A stretch of 64,000 bases of DNA from Escherichia coli (GTDB lineage: Bacteria; Pseudomonadota; Gammaproteobacteria; Enterobacterales; Enterobacteriaceae). The stretch lies in assembly GCF_044324785.1 (NCBI RefSeq), contig NZ_CP172127.1. The stretch is one strand, 5' to 3'. The first letter of the stretch is position 1, and each line of letters opens with the position of its first letter. Positions 38,417-48,555 of the stretch are shown piece after piece. The position numbers and the translations under genes were made by a program. Below the pieces are notes generated by a model. The model was not told the origin of the DNA, searched no databases, and was given only the letters and a program-made list of their open reading frames with translations.

Positions 38417-39937
38417 TCAGTGCAGCAGCGTATAGCTGTCCTCGTCGATGGGAGAGATGTAATGGGCCGCCAGCGGATCAACCTGCCCGCTGTTGATTTT
38501 TCCCAGCAGATGCTGATTTCGTGTCATGCCGCCCAGCTCCCGGTGCCAGTATGTTCTGGCCTCAATACGCCCCTTTTCCCGGTACAACTGGAAAAAACGC
38601 GCATCCGGGGAGATGACTTCTGCGATCACCGTTCGTCCTGTCACGCCACGCCAGCAGTGCGGGCAGCCTTCATGATTTCGCAGATATACCTGGTCCGGGT
38701 TGCAGACGCTTTCCACCAGGCGCCGTTCATCATCCGTGCGCTCGGTAGCCACCTCATGCCAGGGGCGACGGCAGTGCGGACATATCAGCTGAACCAGACG
38801 CTGGCTCAGCAGGCCAATGAACAGTTGCGGGTCGGCAATCATCCTGGCCTGTACCCCCTCCATCTCAAGACGTTCGAGGATGTTAATCGGGTCGTTCGCA
38901 TGGATGGTGGTCAGCATCAGATGCCCGGTCATGGCGGCTTTTATTGCCGTAATGGCGGAATCGTGGTCACGGATTTCGCCGTTCAGGATCCCGTCAGGGT
39001 CAAGACGCAGTGCTGATTTAATGGAGTCCACCCAGCCCTGTGCGGAATCCATGACGGCGGTCTGAATGGCACCGGGTATACGGCCCTCTGGCGGGGATTC
39101 AATGGTGAACAGCCTGCGACGGGGCAGAAGAATACCGCCGGTATTGTTGAAGCCGTACTGTTCAAGGTACGCCGCAGAGGCGGTTCTCAGCGTGGTGGAT
39201 TTTCCTGAACCTGTTGGTCCTGAGAGCGTGATAATACCTTCAGGGCGCTGCAGAATACGGCGCAGGGTGCGCTCCTGCTCAGGGTGGTAGCCCAGCATGC
39301 TGAAGGTCGGGATTTGCTGACTGTCATCCTTGATCAGACGGAGCACAGCATAGAGGCCGCCCACGCAGGGATAGTGGGAGTAGCGTGCACCAAACAGACC
39401 GGCCAGTTTCAGGTACTGCTCTGAAAGACGCGCATCCTGAGGCACCCCGGGATCAAACTGTGTGCCCTTGATGACGTCGGTCATGCCGGAATAGGTGGCC
39501 CCCAGTAATTCGAGGCCTTCTTCTTTCCGGAGGATATCGAGCACTTCCAGTTCGCCGTGAACCCGGGCTTCCACATAGGTGAAGTCCGTGTTGTCTCGTC
39601 CCGGGGTCATATGAAGGTCTGAGGCATCCAGTTGAGCGGCTTTTCTGATGTAATCAAGAACTTTTCTTTGTACTGTGTTGATCCCTCCGTCGGATAAAAC
39701 GCCCGGTGCACGTTCCGTATTATTGCTGTTCAGGGTTGCGATAACGTCAAGAGTGGTAAAATCGAATTTGCTGATTTTTCCCGGATAGCGGGAGCGTAAG
39801 AGCGTCAGGTAACGTTGTACAGAGGTGATGTGCTTCTTCGCCTCGACGACTTTCACCCTGATTTTTCCGTCAGCGTCATGCTGAATTGCGACGAAATCAC
39901 GAATATCTTCAGGAGGCAGTTCGATAGTCTCTGGCAT
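38417..39937 (-). CDS. pilQ: type IV pilus assembly ATPase PilQ (GspE-like)
   Basis: 506 aa; Walker A GPTGSGKST; tetracysteine motif CPHC...CPHC. Confidence 0.85.
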   Translation of the reverse strand: MPETIELPPEDIRDFVAIQHDADGKIRVKVVEAKKHITSVQRYLTLLRSRYPGKISKFDFTTLDVIATLNSNNTERAPGVLSDGGINTVQRKVLDYIRKAAQLDASDLHMTPGRDNTDFTYVEARVHGELEVLDILRKEEGLELLGATYSGMTDVIKGTQFDPGVPQDARLSEQYLKLAGLFGARYSHYPCVGGLYAVLRLIKDDSQQIPTFSMLGYHPEQERTLRRILQRPEGIITLSGPTGSGKSTTLRTASAAYLEQYGFNNTGGILLPRRRLFTIESPPEGRIPGAIQTAVMDSAQGWVDSIKSALRLDPDGILNGEIRDHDSAITAIKAAMTGHLMLTTIHANDPINILERLEMEGVQARMIADPQLFIGLLSQRLVQLICPHCRRPWHEVATERTDDERRLVESVCNPDQVYLRNHEGCPHCWRGVTGRTVIAEVISPDARFFQLYREKGRIEARTYWHRELGGMTRNQHLLGKINSGQVDPLAAHYISPIDEDSYTLLH

Positions 39938-39946
39938 GATGGCACC

Positions 39947-40408
39947 TCACGGGAGTAGCGTCTGCCTGTTGCCGTTGTATTCCAGAATCACACTGTCCGG
40001 TGTGATTTGTTCCACCATGAACAGTGTACCGGGTAATGCCTGTCCGGCCCTGACATCAGTTTCAGTTCCTCCGGGGAGTATGACGCGTGCTGAAAGCTGT
40101 GGCTGAATACCAAAGATTTCTTTCAGACGGGGGGATGAAAATGCCTGTGAACCGGAGGAGGTGCCAGCCGCATTTTCCGGCTGATGTCCCGTGACAGAAC
40201 CGGAAACCGGGGAGATACCCTGTTCCAGTGTCCGCAATTCATGACGAATTTTTTCTCTTGCCAGCATCGCTTCATACAGGGCGGTTTCTTCCTGAATCTG
40301 CTCAATCTGCAGTTGTTTGTTCTGTGACGCGTCATTTTCGTTGCCGGCCACTGCCATTGCCGGTAACAGCAGGGCTGCAATCAGCAGCGCTTTTGTTTTA
40401 TCGTGCAT
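39947..40408 (-). CDS. pilP: PilP-like pilus biogenesis protein
   Basis: about 154 aa with signal peptide; position in operon. Confidence 0.55.
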   Translation of the reverse strand: MHDKTKALLIAALLLPAMAVAGNENDASQNKQLQIEQIQEETALYEAMLAREKIRHELRTLEQGISPVSGSVTGHQPENAAGTSSGSQAFSSPRLKEIFGIQPQLSARVILPGGTETDVRAGQALPGTLFMVEQITPDSVILEYNGNRQTLLP

Positions 40409-41705
40409 AATATTTACCTGTGAACTGATAACGGAAACGACCATTTTCCAGTTGTCTTGTGACAGAGAGAAAACGGACAGATGGCTCGCTGAAGCGCTCT
40501 GCCAGCTGGTTAGCCGGGAGTAGCGTCTGTATCTGCAGGTCATACTCTTTCCACGGTGGCTGGATGATGTTTCCGTTTTCATCAGTGAAGCTGTTATTGA
40601 CTTCCTGCCAGTCAATCTGCAGTTGAACTGACTGTGCGAGCGTGGTCAGTCGTTCCTGCAGGTCTCGGGTTTCCGGAAGGGAATCAACCGGGACAGGATT
40701 ATCCGGGAGCCGGAATGTGACCGGCAGTGCAACGCCGCCAGAGTTCCCTTCAGGCATAACAATAAACGGCCGGGTGTCTGTGAGTTCAGTGATGCGCCGG
40801 ATGAAGGCTGTCACTGTCGTGCCTGCTGTATTGGTGTATGAAGACCGCAGATTACCGCTGTTACCGTCAGAAGAACATTCAGCCAGGGTATAACGCCATC
40901 CGGCAGCAGACAGTGGCGTCTGGTTCCATGTTGTGCTGCATTGCCGGATAAATTCTCCGCTCTCAGGCTGCCTCGTCCATGGTGGCGTTATACGTGCTTC
41001 AGCTGCTTTCCGGGCGCTTTCTTCCCGTTCCGCTTTTTCCGCCTGCCAGATTTCATAACGTTGCCAGCCGTACCACGATGCGCCAAGCAGCGTGATGATG
41101 AGTAAGGCTGTCATTAACTGTGGGCCTCTGGACACGGGGAGCAGACGCGCTTCTGCCGGATGCTTTCTGGTGCTGATCAGGTTTGACAGCGGTAGCGGGA
41201 TACACCGACTGTCTGGTGAAAAACCGTCAGGTTCGTAGCGTACCCAGCCGTTTTCCGGTTCCGCATTGAGCATCAGGAACGTGTTGCGGGCTTCCGTGAT
41301 TTCAGTCGGGGTACCGGTAACGTCGTTAACCAGAATGCCATTAATCACCGATACAAACGCACAGGTGAGTTCAGCGTCGTCGTTCTCGTCGTTCCCGATG
41401 ATGAAAATGGCATACCCACCTGATTTGAGTAGCGGGCGTATTAACATTGCCAGTGACAGGCACTGGCGAATGTTACGGGGGATATCTGCATCCTGACGAC
41501 TGAGCAGGGCAATCATCATTTCATCACCGTTTTCACCGTCGTGGTTGTGGCAGGAAAGATACAGTTCTGCGCCCTGTGACCGGGCAAACCGCCGGGCATT
41601 CCGGTAACCGGGAGGTATGCTCTTCCAGTCAAGGCCCGCAAGGAATGCCTGTTTACCCGATATCAGTGAAACCGGACGAATTTTTTTCTGCATTGACCCG
41701 TTCAA
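40398..41705 (-). CDS. pilO: PilO-like pilus biogenesis protein
   Basis: 435 aa, one TM segment; position in operon. Confidence 0.6.
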   Translation of the reverse strand: MNGSMQKKIRPVSLISGKQAFLAGLDWKSIPPGYRNARRFARSQGAELYLSCHNHDGENGDEMMIALLSRQDADIPRNIRQCLSLAMLIRPLLKSGGYAIFIIGNDENDDAELTCAFVSVINGILVNDVTGTPTEITEARNTFLMLNAEPENGWVRYEPDGFSPDSRCIPLPLSNLISTRKHPAEARLLPVSRGPQLMTALLIITLLGASWYGWQRYEIWQAEKAEREESARKAAEARITPPWTRQPESGEFIRQCSTTWNQTPLSAAGWRYTLAECSSDGNSGNLRSSYTNTAGTTVTAFIRRITELTDTRPFIVMPEGNSGGVALPVTFRLPDNPVPVDSLPETRDLQERLTTLAQSVQLQIDWQEVNNSFTDENGNIIQPPWKEYDLQIQTLLPANQLAERFSEPSVRFLSVTRQLENGRFRYQFTGKYYAR

Positions 41706-41716
41706 GGGAACCTCCG

Positions 41717-43342
41717 TCAGATTACGTGCGGTGTGATCAGCACAACCAGAATGGTGTCATCGTCACCGCTGTCAGTGCCGCCACCCAGCCCGAAGAATGC
41801 CGGGCTGCCGACGCCCTGGCGCACGGATTTGCTGCCGGACTGCCGGAATCCGCTGAGAATGACGGTCTGACCTGATTTCAGGTCGATGGTCTGGTTGATG
41901 GTTTTCAGGTCCACCGTGGGTACCTGTGCCCGGCTGCCGCCGCTCTCGAACACCTCAAAGGTGGGTTTGTCGGAGAGGTTCATGCTGAAGAGCAGCTGCA
42001 GGCTGCGCGCATCCGGCTGAATGAACGGCAGCAGGGTCATGTTGAAGCCGGTGGTGATGGTGGCGGCGTTCAGGGAGGTGCTGGTCCCGACGTTGGCCGT
42101 GGTGTCGGTGGTGACACCTTCGATATAGCCCTGCTGGCTGGCCACCTGCATGGGCACCGGCGTCATGTTTTTGGTGACGGCGGAGTTCTGTGTGACCACG
42201 CTGACGGTGCCCTGACTGGAGAGCGCCTTCAGGAAGGCCTTCGAGCCGGTGAGCTTACCGTCCACAATGGAGACGCCACTGGTGATGATGTCATCGGCGG
42301 CACTGCTGAATGCCCCTCCCAGCGTGAGGCCGAGACGTCCGTCGCTGAAGACGGCATTCCAGTCAATGCCGGCCTGGTCACGGCGGGTTTTTCTGACGCT
42401 GAGGACTTCCACGTTCAGCACCACCTGACGTCGCATCTCGCGGTTACGTGCCTCCACAAAACGGCTGACGGTGTCGAGGACCCGAGGGGTGTCGGTGACG
42501 GTGAGAAAGCCGGTGGCAAGCACCATCCGGCCGGTCCCGGGGGTCAGCATGGCACCGACGGCATTTTTCAGGTCCTCATAGAGGGTGGACTTCATGTCGA
42601 CCGTGGTGGTCTGGGTGTTGCTGGCCTCCCCGCTGAGGGTGCCGGCGTTACTGCCGGTACTGCTGCCGGATGAGGAGGAGGCGGTGCCACTGACCACCCG
42701 GGCGTTGTAGGTCACCTGAGAGTCCATGTAGGTGACCGGGAAGGTGCGTGTCTCCAGCCAGTAAAAGGTGATGGCGCGCCGGTCACTGTCGTAACGGTAC
42801 GAGATACCGAGCCGGGAGGCGACGGTATCCAGCAGCTGCCGCAGCCCGGTGGCGCTGAGTTCCGGCAGGACGGCACCGCCGCCCGGGGGGATGACCTGTG
42901 CGCCACTGCCGACGGCGGCCAGCGGCACCATGCCGTTCGGGTCCGGTGCGGGGATTGCGCCTGTCAGCTGCTGTGTGGGGCCGGTGGTGGCCAGCGCCTG
43001 CCAGACGTCGGCGGTGATGGTCACGGGGATACCGCAGCTTCCGGTGATGCGCTGGGCTATCTGCCGCAGGCTGATATCCCGGCGGGTGTTGATGATGATG
43101 GGGCAGCCCGGCAGGCTCTGGTGTGCGGGGCTGACGCTGACAGGGGAGGGGTTGATCCACTGTCGCGTGGTCTCCGTGACCACCGGCCGGGATTTACGGA
43201 GTTCGCCTGCGTGCCGGCGCGCTTTCTCCAGTGTGGCGGTGGCGTCTTTTTCCGTGTTGCTGATACGTTCGGCCGTACCGCAGCCTGACAGCAGCAGGGC
43301 GACGGCAGTCAGTGGCAGGAGCATGTGTTGTCTTTTTTTCAT
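41717..43342 (-). CDS. pilN: PilN-like secretin-type outer-membrane lipoprotein
   Basis: about 541 aa from MKKRQHMLLPLTAVALLLSGC (lipobox); C-terminal secretin-like domain. Confidence 0.65.
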   Translation of the reverse strand: MKKRQHMLLPLTAVALLLSGCGTAERISNTEKDATATLEKARRHAGELRKSRPVVTETTRQWINPSPVSVSPAHQSLPGCPIIINTRRDISLRQIAQRITGSCGIPVTITADVWQALATTGPTQQLTGAIPAPDPNGMVPLAAVGSGAQVIPPGGGAVLPELSATGLRQLLDTVASRLGISYRYDSDRRAITFYWLETRTFPVTYMDSQVTYNARVVSGTASSSSGSSTGSNAGTLSGEASNTQTTTVDMKSTLYEDLKNAVGAMLTPGTGRMVLATGFLTVTDTPRVLDTVSRFVEARNREMRRQVVLNVEVLSVRKTRRDQAGIDWNAVFSDGRLGLTLGGAFSSAADDIITSGVSIVDGKLTGSKAFLKALSSQGTVSVVTQNSAVTKNMTPVPMQVASQQGYIEGVTTDTTANVGTSTSLNAATITTGFNMTLLPFIQPDARSLQLLFSMNLSDKPTFEVFESGGSRAQVPTVDLKTINQTIDLKSGQTVILSGFRQSGSKSVRQGVGSPAFFGLGGGTDSGDDDTILVVLITPHVI

Positions 43343-43531
43343 GCAGAAATCCTTGTGTGAAACGTGAAAACAGTGAGCAGAGCAGGGAGGGCAGAAGCGC
43401 TTCGGGACTGAAGTCTGCGCGTGATGGCGATATATCCGCGGGACATGACCGCGGCCGGATATGCAGACTTCAGTCCACAGGCTCCTCACACTGTGCGGGA
43501 CAGCGAAGGTTAACGGTGCAGTGATGTCCCG

Positions 43532-43969
43532 CTAGTTGAAATAAACAAATGCGCTGTCAGGAATGACGGACGGCACGCTGATACCGGTGTCCTGACCTGT
43601 GGTGTTCAGCAGTCGCCGCCCCTTCACCCGGCCTGCCAGCGCGGTTTTGTGGGTGATGTCTGCCAGCGCACCTGCAAGCCCCGGGCGGTCATCCTGCCAG
43701 ACAAAGACCCGCTGTCCGGCGATGATATGGCGGGTACCGTATACCGGGCGGAAACCCGTGGCGGTGACGGGGAGCGTGCCACCCCCCGTGCGCTCAGCCG
43801 GATGGGTGTACAGCCGGTCGTTAATGCCGTTCATGAGGCGGACCATCTCCCACGCACGTTCACGCATCTCCGCCTGCTCGCTGTACACGGTGACCCGGTG
43901 GGTACTGCTGTTGTGAAACCAGGTCAGCGCCACGGTCAGGGCCATGACCAGGGAGAGCGACCAGCCCAT
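43532..43969 (-). CDS. pilM: PilM-like protein
   Basis: about 145 aa with N-terminal TM; start adjacent to pilL stop. Confidence 0.5.
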   Translation of the reverse strand: MGWSLSLVMALTVALTWFHNSSTHRVTVYSEQAEMRERAWEMVRLMNGINDRLYTHPAERTGGGTLPVTATGFRPVYGTRHIIAGQRVFVWQDDRPGLAGALADITHKTALAGRVKGRRLLNTTGQDTGISVPSVIPDSAFVYFN

Positions 43970-43971
43970 GG

Positions 43972-44697
43972 TCAGTCTCCCGGTCTGTCGCTGACGTGCA
44001 CCACACACTGCGTGCTGTTGATGGCTGCATACAGCGGCGTCTGTGCGTCCTGATAGAGACGGAAGAGTTCACTGAGCGCGTGGCGGAACTCGCCGGTGAA
44101 ATGCAGCGGCGCATCGATGCTGTAATTGAGTCCGGGGTTCTGCCAGGCCAGCTGCCAGGTGCCACCGGCCTGACAGGGAACGGCGGCCACCCACTGCTCA
44201 AGACCGGCACGCAGCAGGGTTCCGCGGGCAAGAGTCCAGGTGGTCCGTGCATGCGCCGGTTGCGGCATGTTTGCTGATTTTTCCGCGGTTTTTTCCTGCA
44301 GACTGGTGGTGCCCGGGGTGGCCTGAGACGGACTGAACAGGGTGTTCCGCTCAATACGTACATGCTTCTTCTCCGTGTCGGTGATGGCGCGGAGCTGATA
44401 TTTTTTCAGCATGCGTTCCGTAACGTAATTCCACTGGTCATTTCCCTTCCATGACACCGTGCGGGGCGGCCTGACATCCGGTGCAATGTCAAATGTCCAT
44501 CCCGGCGGTATCAGTTGCTGCATGGCTTTTTTCAGTGATAACCCTTTACCGTCCCGGGGAATAAATTTCAGTGCTCCCGGAGCGCTGCTGACCGTGGACG
44601 ATGAGGGTGCACTGACCTGAGAAGGTGACGGTGCAGCAAAAAGTGGAACAGAAAATGCCAGCAGCGGCACAATAAGAAGTGGTTTCAGTGGTGTCAT
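43972..44697 (-). CDS. pilL: PilL-like conjugative-transfer-region lipoprotein/secreted protein
   Basis: 241 aa with signal peptide; first large gene of pil operon. Confidence 0.55.
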   Translation of the reverse strand: MTPLKPLLIVPLLAFSVPLFAAPSPSQVSAPSSSTVSSAPGALKFIPRDGKGLSLKKAMQQLIPPGWTFDIAPDVRPPRTVSWKGNDQWNYVTERMLKKYQLRAITDTEKKHVRIERNTLFSPSQATPGTTSLQEKTAEKSANMPQPAHARTTWTLARGTLLRAGLEQWVAAVPCQAGGTWQLAWQNPGLNYSIDAPLHFTGEFRHALSELFRLYQDAQTPLYAAINSTQCVVHVSDRPGD

Positions 44698-44749
44698 ATT
44701 ATGGTCCTGTATCGCACATTTTTTGTGTTTCCTGAGCCTGTATCCGGTT

Positions 44750-44968
44750 TTATTCCGGCTGAACTCTGCTGCATGAGAATGCGGTGACGTTCACTTTCAC
44801 ACTGAACGATTTACCGGCCTCTTTTTCTTTTGAAAACAGCCTGACGCATTCAGGCTCAGTCATCGGTGTGTTCTGAAAACGCACCCAGGATACCGGTGCA
44901 CCACCAGGCTTCAGGATGGTGGCTTCAATCCGGTATTTATGCGGTGTGGTGTCTGTTGTTGCTGTCAT
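44750..44968 (-). CDS. small hypothetical protein at head of pil operon
   Basis: 72 aa ORF. Confidence 0.3.
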   Translation of the reverse strand: MTATTDTTPHKYRIEATILKPGGAPVSWVRFQNTPMTEPECVRLFSKEKEAGKSFSVKVNVTAFSCSRVQPE

Positions 44969-45494
44969 TCATGGCTCCTGTTGCCGGTTTCCGGTCCCGG
45001 AAAAACAGGCGACATCAGCAACAAGGGGAAAAACGCGATGTCGCCTGAAAGGTACTGGTGCAGCGGTGCGTTGTACGGACGCAGGTCCGCACAACCGGAA
45101 ATACACGGGATGATTCGGTCAGTGTATTTTCGTGTTGTGCGCCTGTACTGATACGGCAGGGTGTGATGAGTGTTACCTGTGGCTGCAGGCGCGGCACGTC
45201 ACTCATAACGTAGCATTCTGTTTCCTCCTCAGCCCGGCTTCAGGGCGTTGCCGCAATACCCGATTGTTAAAGAGCCTTACCGGCATGGTGTCCGGTGTCA
45301 CCGCGCGGATAACGATACGGCGGTGTCTGAAGGGATGATGCTGCGGCGCTCTGCACATGGCGACGATTAATTCTTTTTGTGTTTCTGAAAATTTATTGCC
45401 GGGAAATTTCTGGTGTGACAGGGTGAATTAATTCTGGTCAGCGACGCTCCTGAGAAGGCAGAGTGCGCTGACATTTCGTGAACGGAGGAATGCC

Positions 45495-47003
45495 ATGTCC
45501 CTGAATCCCACCGATGAACAGTCAGCCATCATTCACTGGCAGGGGGAAAAACTGGTGGTGAATGCCTTTGCCGGTACAGGCAAAACCAGCACACTGGTGC
45601 AGTTCGCCGCAGCCTGCCCTGAGAGCCGGATGCTGTATCTGGCCTATAACCGCGCGATTCGTGATGAGGCGGAGCGCCGGTTTCCCTTTAATGTGGAGTG
45701 CAAAACCTCCCATCAGCTGGCGTATTCGCGGTTCGGAAAGCATTTCCGGCATCGTCTGGTGCCGGGGCTGTCAGTGACGGATGTAGCGAGAAAACTGAAC
45801 ACCCGCTACTGGACGCTTGCCCGTGTTGCCATGACCGCGCTGAATCAGTTCATCTGTTCGGCGGACGTGGCGCCCGGAATGCAGCATATGCCGCCTCCCG
45901 ACGAGATGAAGGGCATGTCGCCACAGGATGCGCTGCGTGCCGTGCAGATCCTCTGGCATGAAATGAGCAATCCGGATGGCAATTTTCCGGTCACTCACGA
46001 CACCTATCTGAAGCTCTATCAGCTTTCCTCACCGGATCTGTCACGCAGGTGGGATACGATCCTTTTTGATGAGGCCCAGGATGCGAATCCGGTGACGTCC
46101 GCACTGGTGCTGGGGCAGCGGTGCAGGGTGGTACTGGTTGGCGACCGTTACCAGCAGATTTATCGTTTTCGTGGTGCCAGCAATGCACTGTCGCATCCGG
46201 CACTGAACGGGGCGGACCGTCTCTGGCTGACGCAAAGTTTTCGTTTTGGTCCTGCCGTGGCCGGGGTGGCCAGCCAGTTACTGAAGCGTGCCGGCGAGAG
46301 CCGTGAGGTGACCGGCAGGGGCGGGGATGATGAAGTGCTGACGGCAGGTGAAATGCGTGCGCGCGTGAAGGCAGGGAAGATGACCGGTCACAGGGCGATA
46401 CTGAGCCGGACGGTGGCCGGTGTGATTGGCACCGCACTGATGGCGGCAATGCGTGGCAGGAAGGTTTACTGGGTGGGGGGCATTGAAGGCTACAGAACGG
46501 AGGCACTGGAAGATCTTTACTGGTTTCAGATGGATATGCCGGAGCGGATGCACAGTGACAGACTGCGGAAGGACTACCGGGGTTTTGACGAGTACCGTCA
46601 TATTGCGAAGGTGACGAAGGATGTGGAAATGAATCAGTCCATTCGTCTGCTGGAGCTGTGCTTTCCGCTGCCGAAGAAACTCGAACTTCTCAGAAAGCAC
46701 ACCGTCACGAATGAACAGGAGGCGGATATCACGGTCTCAACGGCACACCGCAGTAAGGGACTGGAGTGGTCACTGGTGGTACTCGATGATGATTTTCAGG
46801 ATATCACCGACCCGCTGATAAGCGAGCAGGAGCGGCGGGATGAAACCAATCTGCTCTATGTGGCGGTCACCCGGGCGCGCAGAACGCTGGTTCTCAATGA
46901 ACTCATGCAGCAGCTGACGGAAGCTGCCGGCGATGGTGGTGCACCCGGAAACGCGCCGGTGCAGGGGAAGGAAGACGATGGTGTGGAGGGAGAGGATGTT
47001 TAA
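45495..47003 (+). CDS. UvrD/PcrA-like superfamily I DNA helicase
   Basis: 502 aa; Walker A FAGTGKT, Walker B ILFDEAQD; SD GGAGGA. Confidence 0.75.
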   Translation: MSLNPTDEQSAIIHWQGEKLVVNAFAGTGKTSTLVQFAAACPESRMLYLAYNRAIRDEAERRFPFNVECKTSHQLAYSRFGKHFRHRLVPGLSVTDVARKLNTRYWTLARVAMTALNQFICSADVAPGMQHMPPPDEMKGMSPQDALRAVQILWHEMSNPDGNFPVTHDTYLKLYQLSSPDLSRRWDTILFDEAQDANPVTSALVLGQRCRVVLVGDRYQQIYRFRGASNALSHPALNGADRLWLTQSFRFGPAVAGVASQLLKRAGESREVTGRGGDDEVLTAGEMRARVKAGKMTGHRAILSRTVAGVIGTALMAAMRGRKVYWVGGIEGYRTEALEDLYWFQMDMPERMHSDRLRKDYRGFDEYRHIAKVTKDVEMNQSIRLLELCFPLPKKLELLRKHTVTNEQEADITVSTAHRSKGLEWSLVVLDDDFQDITDPLISEQERRDETNLLYVAVTRARRTLVLNELMQQLTEAAGDGGAPGNAPVQGKEDDGVEGEDV

Positions 47004-48525
47004 GCGGTTCAGACGTATGCTGCCCGGCACAAAGGGCACGGAGCCTGGCGTGGTCGCGCCGGTGATACCGGCAGGGTTTTATGCGCCGCTCACGGCAGAG
47101 GCACTGTTATCACCAGAGCACAGGGAGCTGAGGCTCAGGCAGGTCTGGGATAACAATCCGATGCCCCGTGATGTATACGACAGGATGTGCCTTGAACCAC
47201 TCAGCCGGCTGCTGCTGAACACCCAGAACGTCCCGGCAACACGGGAAGGACGGTGGTCCCGTGCCGGTGGATTTGGTGATCTGACGGTACTGTACACCAC
47301 GTATGCCGTTCGTCTGGCAAGAGGGTACATGTTTCCACCGGATGCGACCCCGGAAGACCAGGCGGCTCAGGCCGCAGTCTGGCATGCGGTGATTTTCTGG
47401 TCAGCGCTGTTTTACCACCTGCCCCTGCTGGCGCACCTTGAGGGGGAACTGCTGAGTGGGCGGGGCTGGCAGCCAGGAATTTCTGTGCCTGACGAACCTT
47501 TCCGTTTCCGGTTCAGGAAGACGGCGCCGCAGGGTACGGAAGCGCAACAACTTGCGGCCCTGACTGCCGGCACGCTGTTACCGGACGGCGCAACGGCCTG
47601 GCTTGTGACGGCGCCGGGCGCACTGCAGAATCTGGCCGGGGCGCTCTGGCATCAGCATCCCGGGATGGCGCTGATTCGTGATGTGCTGCAGGAAGCGGCA
47701 AGGCAGACAGAGAGTCCGCTGAATACCTGCGCTGTCACTGCGCCGGTTACTGCGGAGGCTTCAGCAGACATTCGTCCTGCTGACCCGGTGGTGACCGGCA
47801 GCACGGACAGTGTGGTGGCAGTCACTGAGGTGCAGCCGGCAGAGGAGGTGAAGACTGAGAGCGTGCAGACAGAGACTGAAGGTGGTGGTGAGTCCGCCGG
47901 GGCGTCAGAGGTGCCGTCCGCACAGCAGGAACTGACGGTTCAGACAGCGCCAGTGGTGACGGCAGATGATGAAGCGGTCAGTGCTGCTCCTGCGGATCAG
48001 GACACAGCAATGCTGCTGAGTCTTTTTTCAGCAGATGAGTCCGAAACTGCTGAACCTGAAAACAGTATTAAATCGTCAGCCGATCGGGACGGCCAAAGTG
48101 ACGTACCGGCAGTACAGGGAGAACAAACCAGCGTTATTTATCCGGAGGGCGAAGCAGATACGGAAGAGGTGGATTTTATTACTTGGCTGAAATCGGGGTT
48201 GTCATCGGGGATGATTGAAATAAATACACCTTCCGCGAGAGTGCATTGTATTGCGGGGTATGTTTTTTTGTGTGTCCCGGATATTTTTTATCTGTATCAG
48301 AAAATGACGGGAAGCCGTCGTGACCGCAGGAGTGTTCAGGCGTTGTTTGAACGTTCCCGTATTCACAAAATCCGGGAAGGTGAGCGTTTTTTCAGCCTGC
48401 ATCTGTATAGTGTACCTGACAGAACAGGGAGTTATAAAGCTGTAAGCGGATATCTGGTTAAAAGCCGTTATCTGTGTGGTTATAACGCAGTGCCCGGGGA
48501 CAGTGAATACATTGCTTTTCCATAA
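46996..48525 (+). CDS. hypothetical protein with acidic low-complexity linker (helicase-associated)
   Basis: about 509 aa from ATG at 46996 with SD; overlaps helicase stop by 8 nt. Confidence 0.45.
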   Translation: MFKRFRRMLPGTKGTEPGVVAPVIPAGFYAPLTAEALLSPEHRELRLRQVWDNNPMPRDVYDRMCLEPLSRLLLNTQNVPATREGRWSRAGGFGDLTVLYTTYAVRLARGYMFPPDATPEDQAAQAAVWHAVIFWSALFYHLPLLAHLEGELLSGRGWQPGISVPDEPFRFRFRKTAPQGTEAQQLAALTAGTLLPDGATAWLVTAPGALQNLAGALWHQHPGMALIRDVLQEAARQTESPLNTCAVTAPVTAEASADIRPADPVVTGSTDSVVAVTEVQPAEEVKTESVQTETEGGGESAGASEVPSAQQELTVQTAPVVTADDEAVSAAPADQDTAMLLSLFSADESETAEPENSIKSSADRDGQSDVPAVQGEQTSVIYPEGEADTEEVDFITWLKSGLSSGMIEINTPSARVHCIAGYVFLCVPDIFYLYQKMTGSRRDRRSVQALFERSRIHKIREGERFFSLHLYSVPDRTGSYKAVSGYLVKSRYLCGYNAVPGDSEYIAFP

Positions 48526-48555
48526 CAGCACCGGGTCATTCATCCGTTCAGGGAG

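Noticed and set aside
37416-38481. N-terminal 22-aa extension of pilR and similar upstream extensions of pilN, pilP, pilM, nupG, mutY, yggL and yggU in the ORF track
   Set aside because: Better-placed internal starts adjoin the upstream stop codons, have SD sequences, or match the known protein N-termini.
44969-45494. Possible oriT in the divergent region between the pil operon and the helicase
   Set aside because: It contains short direct repeats (AATTAATTCT twice) but no recognisable nic-site or inverted-repeat architecture; insufficient evidence.
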